The position numbers and the translations under genes are program-made. A stretch of 64,000 nucleotides of DNA. Source: Candidatus Hydrogenedentota bacterium (GTDB lineage Bacteria; Hydrogenedentota; Hydrogenedentia; Hydrogenedentales; JAEUWI01). Shown piece after piece: positions 1 to 10,566 of the stretch; the stretch's first letter is position 1; each line of letters starts with the position of its first letter. The DNA lies in the NCBI GenBank assembly GCA_016182605.1, contig JACPGE010000004.1, positions 1,402 through 65,401 of the forward strand. The letters are read 5' to 3'. Below the pieces are notes generated by a model. It did no database searches and had not been told where the DNA came from. It saw only the letters and a program-made list of their open reading frames with translations.

Positions 1-2282
1 AAGCGATCGACAATCAATCGATCCTGGAGCAAGCCCGTGCCGTCGCCTCCAGCATTCAGGAGTACCGCAAGTCCTTTGACAGTGTGGTGGAGGGGTGGGT
101 CAAGAAAGGTCTGGATCATGAATCCGGCCTTCAGGGAGAATTCCGCGCGGCGGTTCACGAGGTCAGTTCCACCCTGAATCTCTACGAAATGGACGACCTC
201 ATGCGCGCCGTGCTCGCCATCCGCGTGGAGGAAGGGCGTTACCTGAGCACGGGATCGGCCGACGCCCGCACAAAACTGAATGACAGCGTCTCCGCCTATG
301 CAGATGCTCTGGAGACCGGCGCCTACGCCCCCGATGTCGCCGATCGGCAAAAATCTCTGCTCAAGCAATACCAGTCCCTGCTCGCCTCTGCGGCGCCCGG
401 GGCCGTTGCGCCCGAAGGATCCGCAGCCGCGGAAGAAGAAACTGCCGCCGGGGAAGCAGAACCTGCGGCGGCGGAAGCGGAGCCCCGGAAAGCGACGGGC
501 GCTGGCACTCCCGATTCCTTGGGAGAAGCCGGCGACGCCCTGGAAAACCTGCTCAACGCCTCCAATGTCAGTGGCGCCATCGAAAAAGTGCTCCTGGTGC
601 GCAAGGACGAGAAAGACTACCTGCTTCGGAGCGACGAAAAATACGTTGCGGCAGTACAGAAGCACATTACAGGGCTCAAATCGGACGTGGATGCGACCGG
701 GCTTCCGGAGGAAACAAAGGCCCGCTTAAACACCCTGCTCGACACCTACATCGGCAGTTTTAACGCGCTGGTGGCGGAAAACACGAACATCGTGGCCACG
801 ACGGCGGTCATGCGGGCAGAGGTCCAGAAGATCGAGCCCCTGGTCGAAGAAATCAGCAAGGACAGCGAAGCCCTGGAACTCCAGACCCGGGAACTGCTGG
901 CATCCCAGACCACCCAGCGCATCACCTTGGCCCTGGGCCTGGGCGGGGCCGCGGTGCTCATTGGCCTCGTGGCGGCGTTTCTCATTTCCAATGCCATTGC
1001 CCGCCCCATTGCCCAGGCCGTCAACTATGCGGGCCAGGTGGCCGGCGGCGATCTGACGCAAACCCTTTCCATCAAGGCGGGCGGCAAGAATGAGATCGGC
1101 ATGCTGGCCACAGCGATGAACACGATGACCGGGCGCTTGCGGGAGATTTTCTCCGAGATCCGCAAGAGTTCCGAAACCCTCAATGCCAGTGCGGACAATC
1201 TACAGAACAACGCCTCCAGCATGGCCGCCAACGCGGAAGAGACGAGTGCCCAGGCCGTCAGCGCCGCTACTGCCTGTGAAGAATCTTCCCAGAACGTGTC
1301 GAACATGGCGCACCTCACGGAAGAACTCTCCAGCAGCAGCAACACCATCGCCGCAGCGACCGAGGAAATCACCGCCAATCTCAACACCGTGGGCGCCGCG
1401 GTGGAGGAGATGTCCTCCAACATGGATGCCATTGCCAACTCCTCCAAGCGCACCAACGGCAACATGACCAGCGTGGCCGCGGCCATCGAGGAAATGTCCG
1501 CCTCGCTGGGGGAAGTCGCCAAGAGTTCCGCGAGCGCCGCCCAGGTGGCGAGCAAGGCCGCGGAAACGGTCGACAAGACCTCCCAGCGCATCAATGAACT
1601 GGGGCATTCGGCGCAGGCCATCGGCAAGGTGATGGAACTCATCACCGGGATCGCCGATCAGACGAACCTGCTCGCCTTGAACGCCACCATCGAGGCCGCC
1701 TCCGCCGGCGAGGCGGGCAAGGGCTTCGCGGTGGTCGCCACCGAGGTCAAGGAGCTCGCCAAACAGACGGCCACCGCCACGGAGGAGATCCGCGAACGGG
1801 TGGACGGCATGCAACGCGACACCAAGGAAGCCATCAAGGCCATCGCAGAGATCGTGTCGGTCATCAATGAGATCAACGGCATCAGTTCCAGCATCGCTGC
1901 CGCGGTGGAGGAGCAGACCGCCACCACGAACGAGATTGCCAGGAACGTCGGGGAGACCGCCACGGCCACCAGCCAGATCACCAACAACGTGCAAGAGGCC
2001 GCCATCGGAGCCAATGAGGTTTCCCGGAATGTCCAGGAGGCCATCAAGGCGGTGATGGAGATCAGCGGCAATATTGCGGAGTTCTCCGTAAACGTGAATG
2101 AAATTGCCCAAAGCGCTGCCGAAGCCGCCAAGGGCCTCAACGAAGTGGCTGAGAACGTCTCCACGGTTTCGTCCGCCGCGGAGATCGCCGCGGACGGCTC
2201 CGCCAACACCAGCGCCGAGTCCGCGGAACAGTCCGCCATGGCGGGCAGCTTGCGTGAAATGGTGGCCTTCTTCCGTGTATAA
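1..2282 (+). CDS. Methyl-accepting chemotaxis protein, 5'-truncated at the window edge (the reading frame is open back to position 3)
   Basis: Has a TM segment, a HAMP domain, and the conserved MCP signalling domain ([34 protein letters not shown]). There is no stop codon upstream in frame, so the gene starts before the window. Confidence 0.85.
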   Translation, partial: AIDNQSILEQARAVASSIQEYRKSFDSVVEGWVKKGLDHESGLQGEFRAAVHEVSSTLNLYEMDDLMRAVLAIRVEEGRYLSTGSADARTKLNDSVSAYADALETGAYAPDVADRQKSLLKQYQSLLASAAPGAVAPEGSAAAEEETAAGEAEPAAAEAEPRKATGAGTPDSLGEAGDALENLLNASNVSGAIEKVLLVRKDEKDYLLRSDEKYVAAVQKHITGLKSDVDATGLPEETKARLNTLLDTYIGSFNALVAENTNIVATTAVMRAEVQKIEPLVEEISKDSEALELQTRELLASQTTQRITLALGLGGAAVLIGLVAAFLISNAIARPIAQAVNYAGQVAGGDLTQTLSIKAGGKNEIGMLATAMNTMTGRLREIFSEIRKSSETLNASADNLQNNASSMAANAEETSAQAVSAATACEESSQNVSNMAHLTEELSSSSNTIAAATEEITANLNTVGAAVEEMSSNMDAIANSSKRTNGNMTSVAAAIEEMSASLGEVAKSSASAAQVASKAAETVDKTSQRINELGHSAQAIGKVMELITGIADQTNLLALNATIEAASAGEAGKGFAVVATEVKELAKQTATATEEIRERVDGMQRDTKEAIKAIAEIVSVINEINGISSSIAAAVEEQTATTNEIARNVGETATATSQITNNVQEAAIGANEVSRNVQEAIKAVMEISGNIAEFSVNVNEIAQSAAEAAKGLNEVAENVSTVSSAAEIAADGSANTSAESAEQSAMAGSLREMVAFFRV

Positions 2283-2423
2283 TCGGCGAGTCGTAGCGGA
2301 CCGGGGGCACCACCCGGCCGGACGGCGAAACGAAACAGACGCGGAAGGAAGATCTTAGGCCAGCCGTTTGCCACTCAAGCGGAGTCCGGGCTTGGACAGT
2401 TCCTTTCCGGAAAGGATTCGTTT

Positions 2424-3044
2424 TTGGCTTTCAACACTGTAGTGCGAATGGCCGGTTTGCTCACCGGCACGGTGTTCATGATGCTAACGGCGGGAGGGTG
2501 CGCGCACTCTTCCTCCGGATTTCTGGGAAACACGTACCTCTTTTCGCCCTACCCCAAGGCCAACGCCAAGGTGACCGAACTCGCCAAGATCCGCCTGAAG
2601 GATACCGGCCCGGCCCGCGCCGCCAGCGCGGAAAGCGAGTTCTCCGAGCCTTCGCTCTGGCCCATCGACTTCGCTGCCAAGGAAGTCGTCTCGCATTTTG
2701 GCTGGCGCGGCACCCGCAGCGGCGGCCCCTCCCGCATGCACAAGGGCATCGATATCAAGGCCCCCATGAATACGCCCGTGCGTTCCGTGGCCTCCGGTAT
2801 CGTCACCGAGGTGGGCGAGAACTCCGGCTACGGCAAGTTCATCGTCATTCAGCATGACGGGGGCTATTCGACGTGTTATGCCCACCTGAACCAGGTTTCG
2901 ACGGACCTCGAACGCTACGTGGAGCGGGGCGAGCCCATCGGACTCCTGGGAGATACCGGCAACGCGACCACGCCCCATGTGCACTTTGAAGTGCGGATGG
3001 ACGGCAAACCCGTCGATCCCTGGCTCTTCTTGCCCGCGGAATAA
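2424..3044 (+). CDS. M23 family metallopeptidase (LytM domain) lipoprotein
   Basis: Lipobox LTAGGC after a signal peptide. M23 motifs HKGIDIKAP...HVHFEV are present. Confidence 0.8.
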   Translation: MAFNTVVRMAGLLTGTVFMMLTAGGCAHSSSGFLGNTYLFSPYPKANAKVTELAKIRLKDTGPARAASAESEFSEPSLWPIDFAAKEVVSHFGWRGTRSGGPSRMHKGIDIKAPMNTPVRSVASGIVTEVGENSGYGKFIVIQHDGGYSTCYAHLNQVSTDLERYVERGEPIGLLGDTGNATTPHVHFEVRMDGKPVDPWLFLPAE

Positions 3045-3045
3045 T

Positions 3046-4014
3046 TCAGCGCGGGGAAGGGGCAACAGCACTGCGCGGGCGGTCACCGGTAACCAGGGTG
3101 ATCGCCCCGGGGAGCACCTCCACCCGCGCGGGGAGGTAGCCCAGCATCTCGCCGTCCGCCTCGACCTTGATCGGAAAGGCGGATTCGGCCGTAATGCGGC
3201 GTCCACGCAGGTATTTCACCACGTCGGGACGCTTGTGCAGGCGCCCACGGTAGATCTTGGGCAGGTTGAGCAAGGCGTCCAACAGGCCCACGCTGCCGAT
3301 GTGGTAGATGTCGAAGAGGCCATTGTCCATCCGGGCGTGGGGCGCCACATGCATGCCGCCGCCATCGTAGCTGCCGTTGGCGATAATGAACTCCTTCAGG
3401 AGTCCGCCAATCTCCGCGTCATCGATCGCAAAACGCACTTCCTGATCCCGGTAGATGAGCAAGGAACTGAGCGTGCCCACGAGATATGATACAAAGCCGC
3501 CAAAGCGCTTCGTGGTGTGGTTTACCCGATCGACCACCTCGCCGCCGATGCCGATACGCGCAATGTTCTGAAAATACCAGGTCCGCTCGCTGCCGTCGGC
3601 CTGGGTACAGGTAATGCATCCCACATCGGTGCGCAAGACCCGGGCGGAACCGGCAAAGGCCGCCGCGTCAATCCCCTGCGGGATCCCCAGCGAGCGCGCC
3701 AGATCCGATCCGGTACCGAAAGGGATGACCGCCATTTCCGCATCGGGCTGAATGGGGAGTCCGCCTTCAAAGAAACCGTTCAGAACTTCGAAGTGCGTGC
3801 CATCGCCGCCCACACTGATTATACGGCCGCAACCCGCTCTCAGGGCCGTGCGCACGAGAATGCTGCCGTGCCCCGGCCCTTCCGTGCGCAAGAGTTGAAA
3901 GGCGCCGAGTTCTTTTTTCAGGCGCGCTTCCAAAACGGGCCAGTGCCGCCCGGCACGCCCCTCGGCCGCCTGTGGATTCACCACCACAGCCACTTCTTTG
4001 CCCGCTTGGATCAT
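3046..4014 (-). CDS. Diacylglycerol/lipid kinase catalytic-domain protein (YegS/BmrU-like)
   Basis: DAGK_cat motif GGDGTHFEVLNGF. Length is about 320 aa. Confidence 0.7.
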   Translation of the reverse strand: MIQAGKEVAVVVNPQAAEGRAGRHWPVLEARLKKELGAFQLLRTEGPGHGSILVRTALRAGCGRIISVGGDGTHFEVLNGFFEGGLPIQPDAEMAVIPFGTGSDLARSLGIPQGIDAAAFAGSARVLRTDVGCITCTQADGSERTWYFQNIARIGIGGEVVDRVNHTTKRFGGFVSYLVGTLSSLLIYRDQEVRFAIDDAEIGGLLKEFIIANGSYDGGGMHVAPHARMDNGLFDIYHIGSVGLLDALLNLPKIYRGRLHKRPDVVKYLRGRRITAESAFPIKVEADGEMLGYLPARVEVLPGAITLVTGDRPRSAVAPSPR

Positions 4015-4035
4015 GCGAGGATCCGGGGCATTGGC

Positions 4036-5466
4036 TTAAACGCGCACATCGGAGTGGGCCGAATCGTAGCCTGCATTCCGCGCGAGGATCGGGTCGATCT
4101 CCGCCGCGATGAACTCCACCACCTGCATCGGCGCGCGGCCCACGAACTGGCGCAGGTCCAGCTCCGCGTCGATCTCGGCGCGGCTCATGCCAATCGCCGG
4201 ATCCGCCGCAAGCCGATCCAGGAGATCGTTGTCGAGCCCGTGCTCTTTCACCTGCGCCGCCGCCGCGTGGGAGTGGGTGCGGATCACCTCGTGCAATTCC
4301 TGCCGGTCCCCGCCGCGCTTCACCCCGGCCATGATGATGTTTTCCGTGGCCATGAACGGCAGTTCCGCCCAGAGATGGCGCTCGATCACTTTCGGGTAGA
4401 CCGCCGGCGCCTCCATCACGTTCAGGTAGAGATTGAGTGCGCCGTCCGCGGCGAGAAAGGCCTCGGGAAGCGACAAACGCCGAATCGCGGAATCGTCCAG
4501 GGTCCGTTCGAACCATTGAATCGCCGAGGTGAACTGACTGTGCAGGGGAGAGACCATGAGAAAACGCGCGAGCGCACAGGCCCGTTCGCAGCGCATGGGA
4601 TTGCGCTTGTAGGCCATGGCGCTGCTGCCCACCTGGGTCGATTCGAAGGGTTCTTCAATCTCCTTTAGGTTTTGCAGGAGCCGCATGTCCGTCGCCCACT
4701 TGTGAATGGACTCGCCCAGCCCCGCGAGCGCACGGAGCACATATGTGTCCACCTTGCGCGGATAGGTCTGGCCGGTGACGCCATAAGAGGACTTGAAGCC
4801 CAGGCGCTCCGCCACCTTCTGATCCAGCAGGCGCACCTTGTCGGAGTCCCCGTCGAAAAGCGCCATGAACGACGCCTGGGTACCCGTCGTGCCTTTGACG
4901 CCGCGGCAGCGCAGGTTCGCAAGCACGCCTTCCAGATCGGCAATGTCCATCGCCAGATCCTGCGCCCACAGACACGCGCGCTTGCCCACTGTCACCACCT
5001 GGGCCGGCTGATAGTGCGTGAAACCGAGCGTGGGGAGGTCCTTGTATTCCAGCGCGAAGGCCTTCAGGCGCGCGAGCACCGCCACCGCCTTCCGAAGCAG
5101 CATCTCCAAGCCTTCCCGCATCACGATCAGGTCGGTATTGTCGCCCACGTAGCAGCTCGTTGCGCCGAGATGGATGATGGGTTTGGCCTTCGGCGCGATG
5201 TCGCCCAGCGCGTGGATGTGCGCCATCACGTCGTGACGCGTCTGCTTCTCGTAGCGGTTCGCCGCCTCAAAATCGATGTCTTCCAGATGCGCGCGCAACT
5301 CGGCGATCTGTTCGCCGGTGATGGGAAGCCCCAGCTCTTGCTCGGCCTCTGCCAGCGCCAGCCAGCACCGCCGCCACGTGGAAAACTTCTTTTGCGCGCT
5401 CCACAGCGCCGCCATCTCTTTCGTGGCAAAACGCTCCACCAGCGGGGACACGTATTCCGTCGTCAT
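4036..5466 (-). CDS. purB: Adenylosuccinate lyase
   Basis: Fumarate-lyase signature [11 protein letters not shown]. The N-terminus [13 protein letters not shown]...W matches the B. subtilis-type PurB. Start was moved to the internal ATG at 5466. Confidence 0.9.
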   Translation of the reverse strand: MTTEYVSPLVERFATKEMAALWSAQKKFSTWRRCWLALAEAEQELGLPITGEQIAELRAHLEDIDFEAANRYEKQTRHDVMAHIHALGDIAPKAKPIIHLGATSCYVGDNTDLIVMREGLEMLLRKAVAVLARLKAFALEYKDLPTLGFTHYQPAQVVTVGKRACLWAQDLAMDIADLEGVLANLRCRGVKGTTGTQASFMALFDGDSDKVRLLDQKVAERLGFKSSYGVTGQTYPRKVDTYVLRALAGLGESIHKWATDMRLLQNLKEIEEPFESTQVGSSAMAYKRNPMRCERACALARFLMVSPLHSQFTSAIQWFERTLDDSAIRRLSLPEAFLAADGALNLYLNVMEAPAVYPKVIERHLWAELPFMATENIIMAGVKRGGDRQELHEVIRTHSHAAAAQVKEHGLDNDLLDRLAADPAIGMSRAEIDAELDLRQFVGRAPMQVVEFIAAEIDPILARNAGYDSAHSDVRV

Positions 5467-5485
5467 GATTGTCTCTCCACGTCCA

Positions 5486-6139
5486 TCAGCCGCCAACGGC
5501 TGCGGCATCCTTCGCCAACAGCGAAAACCCGGGCCCCGCCGCCACGGCGCACACCGCAGTCACCGGATTCGTGCGCTCCGCAAACACGCCTTCGCCCAGA
5601 ATAAAATTGCAGGCGCTCACGGCGTCGCTGAATTCACACGTATCGCCCTGTTCCAGGCTCACCGTGTTTTCTTCGTACGTCGCCACGTAGAAAAAATACC
5701 CCGGCTCCAGCGGCATCTCCCGCACTTCCAGTCCATTGTCGCGAATGGTCGCCAGCCAGCCGGTCTTCTTCACGCGATCCACCACCGCACTGATGCGCGG
5801 GGTGTTGTACTGGTCCTTCTCAAAATCCATGGCGAGGTGGGAGAGGGCCAGTGCATCCCGGATGGACATGCCCTGCTCAATCTTCTCCGCAATGGGATCG
5901 GTCTGGCTGCCGTTCGTCACTACCGCAATCGTGTTCTCCCGCACCACACGCACGCAGTTGTAGGCGATGTACGGGTTTTTTAATACGTCGCCTTCATGAC
6001 CCGCCTTCGGCACGATACGCACCTTCGCATCGTCCACCACCGCCGTGCGGTTGGGGAAGGAACGGCTGCTCACGCGGTAGAGTCCCGCCACCTCACCGGC
6101 TGGCGTCATGGCCACACTGACAATGCGTCCGATATACAT
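5486..6139 (-). CDS. purO: IMP cyclohydrolase, archaeal PurO-type
   Basis: N-terminus MYIGRIV...[15 protein letters not shown] is characteristic of the PurO family. Start was set at the ATG at 6139, which has an AGGAGA RBS. Confidence 0.7.
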   Translation of the reverse strand: MYIGRIVSVAMTPAGEVAGLYRVSSRSFPNRTAVVDDAKVRIVPKAGHEGDVLKNPYIAYNCVRVVRENTIAVVTNGSQTDPIAEKIEQGMSIRDALALSHLAMDFEKDQYNTPRISAVVDRVKKTGWLATIRDNGLEVREMPLEPGYFFYVATYEENTVSLEQGDTCEFSDAVSACNFILGEGVFAERTNPVTAVCAVAAGPGFSLLAKDAAAVGG

Positions 6140-6395
6140 GAAAAGAGGGTCTCCTGACGGGGTTGGAAGATGGAACCGACAAAAGTCTCGCAACGACAAC
6201 TTCGAGCGCGAAGGGGACTGTCCTCTTTCCGAGTTCTACGAGGAAAAGGGACTGTCCCCCGCACCGCCAACACCAACGACCCCGCAACGGACGGACTTTT
6301 GTCGGCCTCGTCTTGGAAAAGGGGCATGGGAAGGCATAAGTATAGCGAATGGAGGGTGGGGGGTGCGACTTCAGGCGGAATGCAGTCGACGCGTC

Positions 6396-7421
6396 TTATG
6401 ATCCGTAGAACCACGCCTTGGGCAGGATCTTCAGGTGCAGCGGCAGGCCGTCCGGATCGTACTTGAAGTACGTCAGCAAGGCCTCGTCCTTTACCCAGGT
6501 CACCGCGGGATAGGCCCAGGCCGGTTCCGGGGCCGCTTCGATATTTCGAAAATCCACCCAGGTCGCACCCTCATCTTTCGAGAGCGCCGCCGTCAGCGGA
6601 TTCCGGCGATCCGTGCCCGGATTATGGTTCCAGATGGCCAACAGATCGCCCGTGCCCGGCACGCGGCTGAGGGAAACGGGCGCGGCGGATCCTTTCAGCG
6701 CACTTTCCACCGGCGTCGTCCACGTGGCGCCGCCGTCGCTGGAAATGCTCTGGTACTGCCCCCCGAGGCCGGTGCGCATAAACATCAACACGCGTCCGTC
6801 CTTCAATTCGATGCAGGCGGGTTCCCAGCTTCCATCGCCCGGTTTCACCCGCTGCGATTCCCGCCACGTCGCGCCATCATCGTCCGAGAGATGGCAGTAG
6901 CTGTCGCCATTCTCCCACGCCTCCAACAGAATCCGCCCCGTAGCGAGGCGGATCGAGCGCCCGTTGGTCAGGCCGGTATATTTTCCTTCCGGGCTGATCT
7001 GCAACGGCGACACCCACGTGGCGCCCTCGTCGGAAGAGGTCCGCATCATCACACGGCAATCCACATTCTCCGAGTTCTTCTGACAGTAGAAAAGCGCGAT
7101 GTTCCCCGTCTTCGTGCGCAGGAAATTCACCTCCATCACGTTGCAGCCGCCGTCGTTCTCCACGAGGGTATATCGCTCTCCCCAGGTACGGCCATTGTCC
7201 TTCGAAATCTTGCCCGAGATGCGCGCCGGACCATGATCCGCGCCATCCCCGCCATAGAATTCGGTCCAGCCCAGGAGCAGCGTTCCATCCTTCAACGGAA
7301 CTATGGCGGCCTCGCTGTTGCGCACGTTCTGCGGACCGAGCGGCGCCGCCACCGTGTGAAAGGGCTCCGCCGCCAGCGCACCCGAGGAGACGATCAATAC
7401 CCACGCTATCATCCACCGCAT
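6396..7421 (-). CDS. Secreted BNR-repeat exo-alpha-sialidase-like glycosyl hydrolase
   Basis: Signal peptide plus four BNR motifs (SKDNGRTWG, SDEGATWVS, SDDDGATWRE, SSDGGATWT). Confidence 0.7.
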   Translation of the reverse strand: MRWMIAWVLIVSSGALAAEPFHTVAAPLGPQNVRNSEAAIVPLKDGTLLLGWTEFYGGDGADHGPARISGKISKDNGRTWGERYTLVENDGGCNVMEVNFLRTKTGNIALFYCQKNSENVDCRVMMRTSSDEGATWVSPLQISPEGKYTGLTNGRSIRLATGRILLEAWENGDSYCHLSDDDGATWRESQRVKPGDGSWEPACIELKDGRVLMFMRTGLGGQYQSISSDGGATWTTPVESALKGSAAPVSLSRVPGTGDLLAIWNHNPGTDRRNPLTAALSKDEGATWVDFRNIEAAPEPAWAYPAVTWVKDEALLTYFKYDPDGLPLHLKILPKAWFYGS

Positions 7422-7473
7422 AACACCGTACCTTTCTGTATTCAGAGAACCGTAGGGGACTGCCGCACAAGGT

Positions 7474-8247
7474 CTACTTCAGGACCTCGCCGAAGAACTC
7501 CATCATCGCGACCCAGGAACGGCGCGCGGTGGGCTCGTGATATTTCGCTGCGGGGATCACGCCGGTGGCCGCGGGATTCGTAAAACTGTGCACCGCGCCG
7601 CCATAGCTGATGAACTGCCAGTCCGCCTTCGAGGCGCGCATCTCCTCCTGAAACGCCGTAATCTCCGCCGCAGGCACCAGCGGATCGTCCGCGCCGTGAC
7701 ACACCAGCACCTTCGCCTTAATGTCTTTCGCGCCCGAACCCTGCGTCGTGCCCAGCCCGCCATGAAAACTCACCACGCCATCCAGGTCCAGGCCCAGGCG
7801 CGCCATCTCCAGCACAATCGTGCCACCAAAACAATAGCCCATCGCACCGATGCGCGACTTGTCCACGTTGATGCGGGACGCAAGTACTTCGTGCGCCGCC
7901 AGGAAACGCCCCTTCGCCAGAGGTGGGTTCGACTTGAACTCACCCGACCACTTTGCCGCGTCGGCCATGTTCTCCGTCAGTTTGCCCTTGCCATACATAT
8001 CCACAGCGAAGGCCACATAACCCGCCTCCGCCAGCTTCTTCGCGCTCTCCTTCGTGTGCTCACCCAGGCCCCACCACTCGTGCACAATCAGGATCCCCGG
8101 CCGCAGACTGCTCAAGGCCTCATCGTAAGCCAGAAAGCCCTCCAGCACCACGTCCCCATCCTTGTACTCAATGATTTCCGTCTTCACCGCTGCCTCGGCC
8201 AGGAAAGAAAGCCCCATCAACATCACTGCCGCTACACACACTCTCAT
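7474..8247 (-). CDS. Dienelactone hydrolase family protein (secreted)
   Basis: DLH-like sequence with a signal peptide at MRVCVAAVMLMGLSFLAEA. The upstream part of the long ORF lacks protein-like character, so the start was moved to 8247. Confidence 0.7.
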   Translation of the reverse strand: MRVCVAAVMLMGLSFLAEAAVKTEIIEYKDGDVVLEGFLAYDEALSSLRPGILIVHEWWGLGEHTKESAKKLAEAGYVAFAVDMYGKGKLTENMADAAKWSGEFKSNPPLAKGRFLAAHEVLASRINVDKSRIGAMGYCFGGTIVLEMARLGLDLDGVVSFHGGLGTTQGSGAKDIKAKVLVCHGADDPLVPAAEITAFQEEMRASKADWQFISYGGAVHSFTNPAATGVIPAAKYHEPTARRSWVAMMEFFGEVLK

Positions 8248-8440
8248 GACGCAAGACCTCCGTTGGTTTGAATAGGAGATAGTAGCACACCGGGGCCGGA
8301 AGGCAAGATCCCCAATTCCCAAAAAGTGTAAACGGCGCATTGCGCCGTCGGGATCGCCGGGTTGTGCTCGGCCTGGACCCAGGGGCTCAGACATTCTTGT
8401 CTGAGATTGGGTGTCACAAATAACGCCAACTCTTGCCAAA

Positions 8441-8899
8441 TCACACCCTGTGTGACGGATCCGCCAGTGCCAGCACAAGCAATTGCCGTCCCGGCTCCTC
8501 CACCATGCCCAGACGCCGGTACACTGCCTGTGCCGGACCGTTCTCGTAGCCCACCTCCACCGTGATCGCACGCACGCCGCCGGCCTTGCAGTAATCCCGG
8601 ACGCTTTCCAGCGCCACCCTGCTCAAGCCCCGGTTTCGGTACGCCGGCAGAACATACAAGTCGTCGATGGACGCCATCATCCCGCCGTACTCCATCCCGA
8701 ATCGCAAGGTCAGCACGACATAACCCACGTCCTGGCCATCCGCCTCAATCACCCACACCCGCCCCAGACGTTCATCGGCCAGGAGCGATGCAAAGCCCTC
8801 TTCAGCAAGCACGGGATCGAGTTCATAACCCGACTCGCCATAAAACGGCGTCATCAACGTGATCAGCAACGGAATGTCTTCAGAATGGGCTCTACGCAT
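8441..8899 (-). CDS. GNAT family N-acetyltransferase
   Basis: Acetyl-CoA binding motif region RNRGLSRVALESV...GYENGPAQAVYRRLG. Confidence 0.7.
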   Translation of the reverse strand: MRRAHSEDIPLLITLMTPFYGESGYELDPVLAEEGFASLLADERLGRVWVIEADGQDVGYVVLTLRFGMEYGGMMASIDDLYVLPAYRNRGLSRVALESVRDYCKAGGVRAITVEVGYENGPAQAVYRRLGMVEEPGRQLLVLALADPSHRV

Positions 8900-9003
8900 C
8901 TTCCAGCCTCCAAGAGAGCATTGGACGCACCTCTACCGTCATCAAAAAACCGCGTTTAGGTCGTTTACGTCCCTTGGGTCCTTGCGAGATCACAGCACGC
9001 AAT

Positions 9004-9993
9004 CTATCGACCCGCCAGCACGTCCGGGTTCACCGCGTTCAGCGGGGCTTCGCCCTTCAACACCGCCACAATATTCGAGGCGGCGATGGCTGCCATTTTC
9101 CCGCGCGTGTCCTGCGTGGCGCTTCCGATGTGGGGCGCAAGCACGGTGTTCGTACACGCCAGCAACTCGGGGTGGATCTGCGGTTCGTTCTCGTAGACGT
9201 CCAGCCCGGCCGCGAAAATCACGCCGTCACGCAGGGCCGCCGCCAACTCCGCCTCCTTCACCACAGGGCCGCGCGTGGTGTTCACGAAAACCGCCGTGGG
9301 CTTCATCTGCCGGAATTCCGCGAGACCGAAGGCGCCGCGCGTTTCCGGGGTGAGGGGACAATGCAACGACACGATATCCGACTCGCGCAGAAGCGTTGCC
9401 TTGTCGACATAGTTCACGCCGAGCGCCTGCTCCTCCGCCGCGTCGAGGCGCGTACGGTTGCAATAGAGGATGCGCATGCCAAAGCCCTTCGCGCGCCGCG
9501 CCACGGCCTGGCCAATGCGACCCATGCCAAAAAGCCCAAGCGTTTGGCCGTGGATGTCCACGCCCAGCAGCAGCGTGGGGGACCAGAATTTCCATGCCCC
9601 GCTGCGCAGATAGTGCTCCGACTCGCTCAGGCGCCGGCAGGCGGCAAGAATCAATGCAAAGGCAAGGTCCGCCGTCGTCTCCGTGAGCACGCCCGGCGTG
9701 TTGGTGATGATGACGCCGCGCGCCGTGGCCGCGGCCACGTCCACATTGTCGTAACCCACCGCCATGTTCGCCACCACTTTCAGTTGCGGCCCTGCGGCGT
9801 CGAGGAACGCGCCGTCGATGCGTTCCGTGAGTATGGCGAGCACGGCATCCACGCCCGCCACCGACGCCAGCAATTCATCGCGGGGTATCACCCGGTCTTC
9901 TTCGTAGATGCGCAGTTCGGAGACCACACCACTGCGTTGCAGCAGCTCGATGCCCCGCTCCGGAATACGCCGCGTAACGAAGACTTTGCCCAT
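9004..9993 (-). CDS. D-isomer-specific 2-hydroxyacid dehydrogenase (glyoxylate/hydroxypyruvate reductase-like)
   Basis: NAD-binding GLFGMGRIGQAVARRA, with the catalytic-domain layout typical of GhrB/GyaR. Confidence 0.8.
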   Translation of the reverse strand: MGKVFVTRRIPERGIELLQRSGVVSELRIYEEDRVIPRDELLASVAGVDAVLAILTERIDGAFLDAAGPQLKVVANMAVGYDNVDVAAATARGVIITNTPGVLTETTADLAFALILAACRRLSESEHYLRSGAWKFWSPTLLLGVDIHGQTLGLFGMGRIGQAVARRAKGFGMRILYCNRTRLDAAEEQALGVNYVDKATLLRESDIVSLHCPLTPETRGAFGLAEFRQMKPTAVFVNTTRGPVVKEAELAAALRDGVIFAAGLDVYENEPQIHPELLACTNTVLAPHIGSATQDTRGKMAAIAASNIVAVLKGEAPLNAVNPDVLAGR

Positions 9994-9996
9994 CGG

Positions 9997-10566
9997 TTAT
10001 CCTGCCTGTATCTGTGCGTGATGCGTCCGCGCATACTCAAAGAACGCGCGGGAATCTTCCGCAGTTGCGAAGCTCGATTTGGGCACGATGATGGCACTGA
10101 GCCCGGGAAACAACAGGAAAATGTGGTCCTGTGTTTGCGCCACATTGCGCAGCCTGGACCACGCAACCTCGCCGCGTCCGTCGTCCGTCTCAATCGTCAT
10201 GCCCGCATCGTGCAGTGTCATCCTCGTGGGCAGCAGCATGCGCCGCCGCTCCCCTTGCTGCACGAGCGTGCGCGCCAGCGTGGGGCGGATATACCAAAGA
10301 AACCCGGCATAGACGCCGCCCAGCATGACTGCTGAAACCGCGAGATAGAGCACGTACTTGCCGGGATCCACATTCCAGCCATACTGGGGATGGTCGTACT
10401 CTGCACCCGCGAAAGCCAGATACAGCGCCAAGCCCAGCAAATAGAGCCGCCGCTGACTGCGCCGGCCCAAGGGCGTCTTCGTGAAGTGGTACTTCGTGAA
10501 CGCAACGTAGTCTTCGGGCGTGATCTGAAATGCTACCTGCAAAGCCGCCTCGCTCAGGACGTCCAC
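9997..10566 (-). CDS. YcxB-like membrane protein (hypothetical)
   Basis: Two predicted TM helices. The motif pattern resembles the YcxB family. No catalytic motifs. Confidence 0.35.
   Translation of the reverse strand: MDVLSEAALQVAFQITPEDYVAFTKYHFTKTPLGRRSQRRLYLLGLALYLAFAGAEYDHPQYGWNVDPGKYVLYLAVSAVMLGGVYAGFLWYIRPTLARTLVQQGERRRMLLPTRMTLHDAGMTIETDDGRGEVAWSRLRNVAQTQDHIFLLFPGLSAIIVPKSSFATAEDSRAFFEYARTHHAQIQAG

Noticed and set aside
2283-2423. Possible terminator hairpin after the MCP gene (ccgggggcaccacccgg)
   Set aside because: The stem is short and imperfect with no U-tract, so it is not convincing.
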